From Eledone cirrhosa (taxonomy: Eukaryota): a DNA stretch of 64,000 nt. The stretch is taken from NCBI GenBank assembly GCA_964016885.1, contig OZ024756.1:25110001-25174000 (forward strand), given 5' to 3'. A program made the position numbers and the translations under genes. The notes beneath the pieces were generated by a model that was not told the origin of the DNA, made no database searches, and saw only the letters and a program-made list of their open reading frames with translations. Below, piece by piece: positions 29,356-39,838 of this stretch (positions are counted from its first letter, which is position 1; each line of letters starts with the position of its first letter).

Positions 29356-30049
29356 TGTATATATATGTATATGTGTGTATGTAATTGTGTATGCGTATGT
29401 ATGTGTTTATGTATATTTATGTGTGAGAGTGTGTGTATGTATTTATTTTTACGTATGTATGTGTACGTGCATTTGTGTGTATTGCTTACCACGTGTGTTT
29501 GTTCATTTATTTGTTGCCTGTATCGCTGTCAACTTTATAATAGTCTTTATATTCATTTTTTATTTTTATTATTATATATTTTTTCTTATATTTATTTGTG
29601 TGTGTGAGTATGTAGAGGTGTGTGTATTTATTTCTATTTTTGTGCATGCGTATGTATGCGTGTATATATGTGTGTATGTATGTGTATGTATGTACGTGCG
29701 TATATACGTATGATCGTGTGTATGTATGTATGTATGTATGTATGTGTATGTATATGTGTATGTATATGTGTATGTATATGTATGTATATATATATGTGTG
29801 CTTTTTCCTGGACTTTTCCGACGGAATTACTTCATTCATACATATATATATATATATATTCTCCTTGGATTCCATCATTTTCTTCTGGTTCCTCTTATTT
29901 ACAACGTTGTATTGCTTTCTTGGTGAAGAGATGGGTGCCACCAAGCATTTCTAAGGCCCACTGAAATGACCTGATGGACACACAGTCAAACATCTTGAGT
30001 GGCACCCCTATGACTTGCGGCACTAACTGCGGGAGCTTGATTTATTTAT

Positions 30050-30475
30050 TGGTGGTTTTCTTGCTCGATTTCCTTCTATTACCGTCTTGTAATACATACA
30101 TCTAAGAAGTGTCCCATGGCTTGTTTTTTTTTCTTTCTTCTTCTGCTTAACACTTCTGAATCTAATTTATGAAGTGCTTCCTTGATGTTGTCAGTCAGGG
30201 AATTTATATCTTCTAGTAAGTTGAGGGCTGCAAAGCTGTCACCCACGATGGCCCTGAATACTATTGTAACATTTAAATCTTTCTATATGTCCTCATCGAA
30301 TATCATAATGGAATTCCTATAGATGTTTCTAAGCCTGGACCTTAGTATCATCAATCACCACTGTCGACATCCGCACCTGGAAAGGACCTTATCTTAACCT
30401 TTTTATTACTTGAATTTTGAGGTACGAAATTGTAGTTGGATCTCCGTCGTTTCCGACGACGAGTGTTCCATGTTT
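30050..30475 (-). mobile_element. Decayed LINE fragment (end of the APE endonuclease region)
   Basis: Minus-strand translation gives TW...RSFPGADVDS-like (GAD.GSDH-type) remnants with stops. Confidence 0.45.
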
Positions 30476-30608
30476 ATTCAATCAACAGAACTCTCTGCGA
30501 AATTAACGTGTAAATGACTGAATGTCCCACCACAGAAACCTGCACCCCTAACGTAGTTCTCAGGGAGATCCAGCGTGACACAAGGTGTGACAAGGCTTCC
30601 TCCTTAAA
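30475..30608 (+). mobile_element. SINE body fragment (third family)
   Basis: gaaattaacgtg...taacgtagttctcagggagatccagcgtgacacaaggtgtgacaaggct resembles a common octopus SINE segment (from recall, not searched). Confidence 0.5.
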
Positions 30609-32103
30609 TTACCCGACACGAGAAAGAACAACCTTTCCGCAGATGTTACAGACTTGCTCCGACCGGATATCCTCCGAGATTGAGTCTACACCACTTTTCC
30701 TGAGTGCTCTTTTAAATACCAGTTGTTTCATCCTTTTGACCTCAAAACGATCACAACCAGCATAAACCAGACTTCTCCAACTACATCTACTCTTTGCCTC
30801 GTCTTTCCAATCCTCAACACTAATACCAAGTATCTTCAGGTTGCCTTTAACAACATCCCTGAAACGTTTTTTAGGTTTCTTACCTCTCCATACCAAATTC
30901 GCTTATCTTCCATCCGCCTTAAATACCCTACCCAATGCCGTTAGTTTCGAATGATTAGTTTTTCTAAGCTAGATGTATTGGCCGGTTGCAGAACACCTGC
31001 CGGCTGCAGATCACCTGCCGGCTGCAGGTGCAAATGACTACCAATTAATGTTCAAAATACGCCTTAGGTACTTTTGGTGGAATGTTTCCAAAATCTTGAT
31101 ATGATGTCGGTATGTGGTCCAAATCTCAGAAATGTACAAGAGAGCAGTCAGGACACAGGGCGAGGTGGTACAATGCCTTGGGTTCATTTCGCTCATAGGC
31201 ACTCTGAATCTGCATTGGACCACCATTGGACCACCATTTATTTTTCAACTGACGGATTCCATGCTGGAGAAAAGAATTTGCCTCCTTGAAAGACTGGAGC
31301 AAAACAGAACGAACTTTATCTGAAGCACTCAAAAACTTTTAGTGAGCATCATTTTTTGCCTTCAATAACCGGTTGATCTGAGAATCATTTTCATCAAATC
31401 AGTCCCGATGTATTTTTTTTCTAAGACCTAGGACTTCAACACTAGTGTTGTAGACCGCGGTCTTAAACCGATCCCATGTGCCGTCAAATTCTGTTTCTTC
31501 AAAAGCCCTCCTGAAACCCTTACGAACCGCTGGGTCCTGCAATCTCGACACGTCTACGCGTCTAAGAAGTCTTGTCTCATTAGATATTATTTTACGTTTG
31601 ATGCGAAATTTCATTTTGCCACTCAACACCATGCATGGCCCGGACTTTGCAGAGAGCCTGAGGATCGCGTTTACGACAGATGACATAATGAAGAATATGC
31701 CCATGTTTGGACCTTGGGTGAATCCAAGTAACATTATGAGCCACCTTGGAGTGGAAAAAGGAGTTGCAAATAGCCAGTTCAAATTCAGTGCAGCTATGTT
31801 TCCAGTGACAAGCCATGGCAAGATAACAGGACAGGTACGAGGATCGCATATGCTATTGTCATGGAGTTTAACCTTTCCATGGATTGTGGCTGTACTCACC
31901 ATGCTTGGCCAATTGCAGGTTGTTGAGTCTATTTACTACATAGTTGGGGTGGATGGACGTTCACCCTGTGGAGTTTATCTGTCCTTTGACAGCTCTTGTT
32001 TTTATGCTGATGGGTTTCCACATGGCCTCCTCGTCAGATAAGGGTCTGGTGGAAGACGACGTGACCATGAGACAGGTTGTACTGGGTTACACAGTAACAG
32101 TAG
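30609..32103 (-). mobile_element. Internally deleted RTE LINE (5'UTR, APE fragment, C-terminus with C2H2 remnant)
   Basis: ELAICNSFF....VTWIHPRSKHGHILHYVI; ETFHQKYLRRILNINW; KPKKRFRD; CNICGK; 5'UTR motif shared with 55276-55320. Confidence 0.8.
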
Positions 32104-32237
32104 CAGTCCGAAACTGGAATGGCAACAGCACTGTTCTTTGATGTGCCTGTGCAGAAGTTTGTGACTAATCTCTGTACCTGATTAAAGTGATAGAGTTCTA
32201 AGAAGAATGAAGGTTCTTCACAAACGACCAGCTTCCA
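32104..32237 (-). pseudogene. Inverted 134-bp fragment of GAL3ST C-terminal coding sequence
   Basis: Ungapped match to 33757-33890, 115/134 identical by hand count; [29 protein letters not shown]. Confidence 0.9.
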
Positions 32238-32265
32238 TTTGTGTATGTGTGTGTGTTGTGTGTGT

Positions 32266-32349
<84 letters not shown>

Positions 32350-32700
32350 CGTGTGTGCGTGCGCGCGTATGCGTGTGTGCGCGTATGTGTGTGTGCGTAT
32401 GTGTGTGTGCGTATGTGTGTGTGTGTATGGGTGCAACAGCTTCCAAGTGGTTGGTGTTTTTGCATCAACTGGAAGGCTGGTTTTAGATCATATCATGATA
32501 AACATTTTAAACTGAAACGCCGCAAAAAAAAAAGGTGAACAAACAAAGAACAACAAAGATTTCAAAAGGATAAGGTAATAAGATCAAATAAATAATAAAT
32601 GTCAATTGCACCATCTGTTCGAAATGTTTTTTATACGGGTAAGCGTGCTAGGGCGTTATCAAATAAATGACTTCATTTTTGTTTTACTATTTTCTTTCAG

Positions 32701-32711
32701 GTAACAAGCAG
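32701..32711 (+). CDS. Candidate 11-nt microexon of the GAL3ST gene
   Basis: Pyrimidine tract ttttctttcAG|gtaacaagcag|GTaata; 87-nt intron to ttttctttgtAG|32799; in frame it gives VTSR-CRKAMLV. Confidence 0.5.
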
Positions 32712-32811
32712 GTAATATATTTCATGAAATGATTTATTTATATCAGTCGCAAAATGCTTCGAATTATTCGAATTATATAAATACATTTTTCTTTGTAGGT
32801 GTCGTAAAGCA

Positions 32812-33990
32812 ATGCTCGTAATAACTAGTGTGTTTACTTTATATGGAATTATAGACATCTACAGCAGATATATAGCTCCAAGTCTACAGATAAATGAACG
32901 AATAGAATTCTGTAATGATTCACTGGCTACAACGTTACACGAAAGAAACATTACAAAAATACAATCTACATATGCTACAGATCAATTACCAAACGGCATC
33001 AACAGACGGGGACAGGACCACTATAAAACATGTAAACCAGCCCATGATCTTGTATTTATAAAAGTACACAAAGCTGGAAGTACCTCTGCTATGAACATAA
33101 TACTTCGTTACGGTTTACGCAATAAACTCGTATTTGCCTTGCCAAGAGGACGTCATTATTTCAATCACCTTCCCTATTTCGACCTAAATATAATAGAACC
33201 CCCACCCAAGGGCAAACGTTACAATATTCTGTGTAATCATTCTGTATACAATCGATCAGTAATTCGTAGTTTATTTCCTCCCAAGACTTTCTATCTTGCC
33301 ATTGTCCGTCAGCCATTTCGACAATTTTTCTCCGCATTCACATATTTTAAATTCTCAAGATTTATTTATCGCTACAAGAAAAACTCGGTGAATCCAGTTA
33401 GAGATTATTTAAAGGAACCTGAAAAACTGAAAATTTCAAATAGCATCAATTTCGTCAATAACCGAATGGCATTTGATTTAGGATTGCCTCGAACTGACTT
33501 TCTGAATAAAACGGCAATTGAAAAATTCATTGAACTTCTTGATAAAGATTTTAATTTTGTGATGATTATGGAGTATTTTTACGAATCTCTTGTGCTCCTT
33601 CGTCGCTATCTTTGTTGGACAATGGAAGACATCGTTTCCGTGAAATTAAATTCACGCAAACATCTCGATGTCGAAATTTCAATGGAAGACATTGAAAGAC
33701 ACAAGAATCTAACACTGGCAGATTATATGATATACGAACATTACTTTAAAATCTTTTGGAAGCTGGTCGATCGTGAAGGACCTTCGTTCTTCCTAGAACT
33801 CGTTCACTTTAATCAAGTACAGAGATTAGTCACAAAGTTCTGTACAAGCAAATCAAAGAACGATACTGTCTTCATTCCAGCTTCGGACTGGAATACGGCG
33901 TTCGAAATAACTCGAGAAAAATGCAAATATATTATCATCGACGAAATAGCATTTATTAATATCATACGGAAAGCACAACAATCTCTGTAA
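32812..33990 (+). CDS. GAL3ST: Galactose-3-O-sulfotransferase family protein (type II Golgi membrane); main exon probably starts at 32799
   Basis: N-terminal hydrophobic anchor; 5'-PSB VFIKVHKAGSTS..NIILRYG; 3'-PB IVRQPFRQFFSAF.YF; ESLVLLRRYLCW; intact 392-aa ORF; specific paralog not assignable. Confidence 0.92.
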   Translation: MLVITSVFTLYGIIDIYSRYIAPSLQINERIEFCNDSLATTLHERNITKIQSTYATDQLPNGINRRGQDHYKTCKPAHDLVFIKVHKAGSTSAMNIILRYGLRNKLVFALPRGRHYFNHLPYFDLNIIEPPPKGKRYNILCNHSVYNRSVIRSLFPPKTFYLAIVRQPFRQFFSAFTYFKFSRFIYRYKKNSVNPVRDYLKEPEKLKISNSINFVNNRMAFDLGLPRTDFLNKTAIEKFIELLDKDFNFVMIMEYFYESLVLLRRYLCWTMEDIVSVKLNSRKHLDVEISMEDIERHKNLTLADYMIYEHYFKIFWKLVDREGPSFFLELVHFNQVQRLVTKFCTSKSKNDTVFIPASDWNTAFEITREKCKYIIIDEIAFINIIRKAQQSL

Positions 33991-34008
33991 ATGGTAATGG
34001 ATAACCTA

Positions 34009-34194
34009 GATTGGCAGTATCGGTAGAGGGTCTGACGCCATGCTTTGCAGCAAAGAGTTACGGCCCTTTATGGTCTGAGTACAAATCCCGCCGAGGTTAC
34101 CTTTGCCTTTCATCCTATCGGGGTCGATAAAATAAAGTACCAGTAATACACTGGGATAATTGCTGGCCTTGTGCCAAAGGTAGAAACAATTATT
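34009..34194 (+). mobile_element. tRNA-derived SINE copy immediately after the GAL3ST stop codon
   Basis: gattggcagtatcggtagagggtc...gtagaaacaattatt. Confidence 0.9.
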
Positions 34195-34315
34195 GGCTTA
34201 AATTATCTGTTAGTAGTAAACATCGATCGGGTTACCAGAAGCGGCAGTAGCAGTGATAGCAACAGAAGCCCGACCAGCAGCAGTGGCAGAAGAGTTTCGG
34301 ATATACATTTGTCTT

Positions 34316-34460
34316 AATAATAATTGTTTTTACTTTTAGCACAAGGCCAACAATTACCTCAGTGCGTTACTGGTACTTTATTTTATCGACCCTTTAAAGA
34401 TGAAAGTCAAAGTTAACCTCGACGGGATTTTAATTCAGAACGTAAAGCGCCGGAACTCTA
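34316..34460 (-). mobile_element. tRNA-derived SINE copy, inverted, 5'-truncated
   Basis: Reverse complement of the same family. Confidence 0.85.
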
Positions 34461-34859
34461 TGAAACGAAGGAGAGGCTAATCAGCCCACATACACAGGTG
34501 AAAAATACATAGATGTTTCGCATGTGTAGGCGGGCTTATTTGTCTCATTTGTACACACACACACACACACGCACACACACACACACACACACGCGCACAT
34601 ATATATACATATATATATATATATATTCATACATATGAATTCATAGAATAATGAAAAGAACCTACGCAGGTGGCAGCAAGAGCGACGGGCAGAAGAAGGG
34701 AAAAGAAAAGAAAAGAAGCAGCAAGAATAATGAAAGAGAGAGAGAGAGAGAGAGATAGCAAGAACGAAAGAATAAGGGGAAAAGGAAGAGGGAAAGAAAT
34801 AGCCAACGAACCTCAAGTCATGATATCCGTCTAAAATAGAAAAGCTAATATAGTTATGA

Positions 34860-35209
34860 TAAGAATTCATAGAAAAATGAGAACTCAACGCAAGAAAGCT
34901 ATTAAAATGTGACAGCGTTGGGTAAAATTTACTTGAAAGGACATAAATCAGCGGTTAGTTTGTTGGCCCGCAGAAATGATAAGAAGAAAGATCACACAAG
35001 TATCTTTTAAACACTTCAGATCTCAGACCGACTGTGGTTCCGCACGACTTTCTCGTCCATTTTCTTCCCTTTCTCATTTCTTCCTATCACTTCTGCGGAC
35101 CAACACACGCTATCATTGACGGCATTTGGTGTTTTAACAACTTCATTGCGTTGAGTTCTTTTCATCATTCTATGAATTCTTATACACTCGTGCTCTTCGA
35201 GAAAACTTT

Positions 35210-35213
<4 letters not shown>
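34860..35213 (+). mobile_element. Diverged fold-back plus tail element
   Basis: taagaattcatagaa..gaactcaacgcaa...ccgcagaaatgata is mirrored by tatcacttctgcgg...ttgcgttgagttc..ttctatgaattctta; ~30-nt tail to (TA)n. Confidence 0.55.
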
Positions 35214-35282
<69 letters not shown>

Positions 35283-35484
35283 ATATTAATAAGAGAGTAT
35301 TGAAGTTTGCTTGAAGCATTGTGGAATAATAAGTAAATATCTTTAAGTCGTTTGGAAGCCTCGACAATGCAAATGGGTAAATCTCCGGGTAACAAGATCC
35401 GGTGGTGGAGAGAGAGATGTAAGTGGGTGTACGTTGAGATGCGTGGTGTGATTAAGATGTGTAAGATGTGTAGAAGAATGAAGG

Positions 35485-35766
35485 GAAGAGTATAAGATAG
35501 AATGTGACAGGTGCAACCAATACTACATAGGTAGCACAATCCGACCTTTGCACATCCGGATCAAGGAACACACTAAAACCAGGGCCTCGTCTTTCCGGAA
35601 ACACATAGACAAATGCGGAAACAAAGACGGAAGGCCCATTGTCACAATTCTAGCGACTGAAAGAAACGTCGGCACGTTACGTATCAAGGAAGCGCTTTTT
35701 ATCAAACGCCTGCAACCGCAAATAAACAACCGATCAGAGAGAAGCGAAATGAGATGGCTGGTTTAA
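35485..35766 (+). mobile_element. GIY-YIG endonuclease C-terminus of a second PLE lineage (Penelope/Poseidon-like)
   Basis: YKIECDRCNQYYIGSTIRPLHIRIKEH...H...ILATE....LRIKEALFIKRLQPQIN. Confidence 0.8.
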
Positions 35767-35794
35767 GTTAACAAACGATGCAGCAACACACAAC

Positions 35795-35843
<49 letters not shown>

Positions 35844-36116
35844 AGACAACTACACACACGCACACACACACACACACACACACAGTAGCATTCCACCATA
35901 CGAACATACCACACGGCCAATACAGAGGAACAAGGCAACAACACACGGGCTGACATATTGCTTCCACGATCTTATCCGCGGGGCGCAGTCTCAACACCAC
36001 TGCTCCCTGGGACTAGAGCTCATCACTCTCCCTCCCATCCTTCTGTGACTCCAGAATCCTTGCCATTCCATTCATTTTCCGTTTTTAAATATCTGTAGTG
36101 TTGTTGTTATTTGAAA

Positions 36117-36298
36117 GATTGGCAGTATCGGTAGAGGGTCGGACGCCATGCTTTCTAGCATAGTTACGTCCCTTTACGATCTGAGTTCAAATCCCGCCGA
36201 GGTTGACTTTGCCTTTCATCCTTACGGGGTCGATAAAATAAAGTACCAGTAATACACTGGCTAATTTCTGGCCTTGTGCCTAAAGTAGAAACAGTTAT
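36117..36298 (+). mobile_element. tRNA-derived SINE copy with 11-bp TSD
   Basis: TSD gttatttgaaa at 36106-36116 and 36294-36304. Confidence 0.9.
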
Positions 36299-38001
36299 TT
36301 GAAATAGAATTGTTTATGATTTTTGAAAGCATGTTTTATTAATAAAACGTTGTATGTATTTAAGTAGTGTTCGCCTATAAGCCATGTCATTGCAATACAA
36401 TACTGGCTAAGCTAATGATGTGTCCATAAAAATATTACAACATTATCCAACAACGGAGCCGGCTGTCACTTTCGCCTTGATTACCAAGTCTTGACAGTGT
36501 AATGGCAAGGTAATTTCGATGTCAGAATCACAACAGGATGTGTTAATTAAAATAAAATGAGTTGCAGATGAAATTAGTTCTTGTCTTTCTTGTTTTGTTT
36601 TTGTTTTGTTTTTTTCGCAAAGTACAATGTGTCTGTAAACTCTAGTTAGGTCCATACACACTCGATTTTTTCTCTTCTCTCTGTTCTCCCTCTTTATGGA
36701 ACCAGTCCACCTATCTATTTACCACTCTCTCTCACTCTCACTCCTTATCCATCCTTTTCTCTCTATCCTCCACACACCTATTCTCCTATTCATCTCCCGT
36801 CACTCATTTTACTTCTGCCTCATTATATCCCTCTACAATATCTACCAACTACCCATGTACTCTCCATAACTACCACTTTCCGCCTCCACCTCCAACACTC
36901 CAGTTGAAATGCCCGCTTCTCGTCAGCCTTCCACTCCATGGGAGGTCGATCAGTGCCACTCGCGTGCCATTTCAACAGGCGCAAGAAAGGAACTGCTCAA
37001 CTGTAACGGCTTTTTCCACTTTTCTTGCATCAAACTCACTCGGTACGCATCGGAATCCCTACACTCGCTCATGTCACAAGTTTTCGGTACAAGGGGACCC
37101 GAACCTGCTCGACTCGGACATCCTCCAGTGATCGAGCACTTGACTCGGGCGGCTCTCTAGAGTGGACTAAATTGTTCAATTTTGTGACCCTCGCACTCGA
37201 TATTCGATGACAGTGAGCCCGACAGCGGGAGAAAGATCGGGCCTGATCCCCTTCGGATCTAGCACAGCTGGCCTACCTCTCCTCATTCTCCTCCAGTCGA
37301 GCCCTTATCGGCAATGTCCTCAGCAAGAACCTGACGTGGCCCCAGAACTCGAACAGGTTCTAGCCGACCGGGCACTCTAGGCATTTATTTTCCTTTCCTC
37401 TACTTTCACATCCAGCCAGATCTACCTTTCTTTACCCTTTTCCCCCTCTTTTCATAACTGAATTTTGTTTTCATCTTTCTTTTTCAAATTTCCATCATTG
37501 TATAACTTCTTTTTGTAAAATATAGTTGACATAATAAGAATTATGTATATACAAAAATTAGTTAAGATAACCAACAATTAATTAAACCAGGTGAACCGAG
37601 ATCGAAGTAGTATAAATAAATTATGGCAGGGAAAAAAATGAATTGAAAAAAATATAGGTTTTTGGCATAATTTGAAATTTCGAATTAGTAAAAAATCAAA
37701 AACGAAGATGTTTGGTATATTTAAGTTTTGTTGTTATTTGCGTCTTGCTTCAGTAGCACACACACACACGCACATATCTATCTATCTATCTATCTATCTT
37801 GATAGAGTAAGACACGCTTCGCATCGGCTCCGCTATTCCATCGGGATTTACCCTTACTATTGTAAGTACCGGATAAATTTTTTAGTGCAACACATTTGGA
37901 ACACTAACCCCTGTTATTTAGGGAAACATTTTTGCATTTACCCCCTTTTTAGGGGGTAAAATAAATATCTATTTTTGCCGAAAAATTTCTTTCTTGGCAG
38001 C

Positions 38002-39838
38002 ATGGCGGAAAAGATGGCAGACATGTCTGCCATTAGCTCTGCCACGCCCCCCAAGTCTGAAGAACAAAAAATAATTACAACAAAATTAGACATTGAAACA
38101 AACAAACAAAATGAAAAAACAAATGTTAAGGAAAATGAGCAAACAGAAAACAAACAAACAGAAAATAATACAAATAACGACAGGGCAACTTTCGCCCAGA
38201 AAACAAAGCAATCCATTACATACACACCAATTGACCTAACTGCCGCCAGAGAAAAACTGGCCGAAGCAAAGAAACATATTGTTTTGGGGGAAAATGGAAT
38301 GTTTTCCATTAACTCCCCCCCAGAATTCAAGAAAGCCAGAGCAGAAAACACAGTTATATACAGAACTATACTAAACCAGTCAAGAAAGCCAGCACAGCCC
38401 AGCCAAATGGAAATAGAGTTAGTCCTAAAAGACTATATGAAGAATATTCTCTTCATACGAAAGGACCGACTCTATGGCAGCATTTCGGTCCTAACAAGAG
38501 ACAAAGAAACGGCGGTTCAGCTTTCCCTAAGCCCACTCTCGTCGACAACATATAGCTTCTATCCCTCCTACATGGGTAGAAGAACACAAAGAATAAAAGT
38601 AAAAACAATGCTGCCCACAATGGACTTCTGGTGGGCTATTGCTGGCTTCATTGATATGGGCGAAGACACTATGCTGTCAATGGGGAAGGCAACTGGAGAT
38701 GCGTTCCTGGGAATGGGCCTCGACATACTAGTCCAAATGAGGCCCGAAAGAATAGCACAAATCCCGGATCGCATCTGGCTGGATGACCTTACCCCAATAG
38801 ACATAATTGTAGAGGGGAGAAGACCAGCATGCTATTTATGCATGGAAAGGGGACACGTTAAGGCTAACTGCCCGAAACGTATCCCCCAAAAAGGACTATT
38901 GCCCACACCCACCACAAACAGTACACCAGCACCACCCACCTCCAAAAATACACTAATACCACACACAGCAAACAAAATACAGACACCACCAACCACAAAC
39001 ACAACACAAACATCACCACCACCAGCACCAAACACAAGCACGACACAAAAATCACCACCACCAACCACAACACAAACATCACCACCACCATTACCAACCA
39101 CAAGCACGACACAAACATTACCACCACCACCACCACAAAACCCATTCCAAACAAATAATAAAAAAAACAGTAACAAATCTACCCCTCCCGCAAAAAAAAA
39201 ACAACCACACAACACGTCCCTCCCACCTAGCGCTGAAGAGTTTCCCCCAACTTCTGAAGAAGAAGGAGGAGAAGCCTTCAGACAAGTTAAAAGAAAAAAA
39301 AGAAAACACACACCCAGCACACCACAAATAACCCACACACAAACACCAACTCCAATCAAAAACACCCCACCCTCAACAAACAAAAATAAATCTGCGCCTC
39401 CCCTCTCCGAAACATTGACAGCATCACAAAAAAAGACGTTGCAATACACATATATAAATAAAGAAAACAAAAAACTGGTTAAATTAATAAACAATAACCC
39501 TATGGTGCAGACCGAAGGGCCAAACTTTATCTCAACAGAGAACTTCACCCATTTAAAAATGATAAAGGTCCCTCTGGACCTTTATCGTTCCTTAAAAGAA
39601 CAATTTAGACGGGACGTGAGCCCCCCCCTGTTTAAAACCGTTGAATCGCGTCCTCTTGAAAGATTTCCCCATAACCGCCCCTCTCCCTGACACAACTCCA
39701 AATACCCCAACCCCACCACACACGTGTACCCCCACACCACCACAAAACATCCCTCCACCCAACACACCTGATGCCATGGAAATTACGCAACCCGGAGAGG
39801 TAAGTGCTTTTCTTTCTTCACTTTCAACACCAAAATAG
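38002..39838 (+). CDS. LINE ORF1 (gag-like zinc knuckle, Pro/Thr-rich tail); one frameshift at the C-run near 39621
   Basis: CYLCMERGHVKANC; copies 2 and 3 read through C.KPLNRVLL, which places the true stop at TAG 39836-39838. Confidence 0.8.

Noticed and set aside
38832-39548. Antisense ORFs over LINE ORF1/ORF2 and the PLE ORF
   Set aside because: Shadow frames caused by A/C-rich or GC-rich codon bias of the sense ORFs; no recognisable motifs.
39621-39690. Distinct ORF1 C-terminus in copy 1 and programmed frameshifts in copy 2
   Set aside because: The differences fall in C or G homopolymer runs, typical of slippage or long-read error; copies 2 and 3 agree on the other frame.
39800-39838. 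Intron fusing Tx1 ORF1 and ORF2
   Set aside because: Splicing GTAAGT..TAG gives atc aat tga (stop), not the ORF2 frame; copy 3 gives the same outcome.
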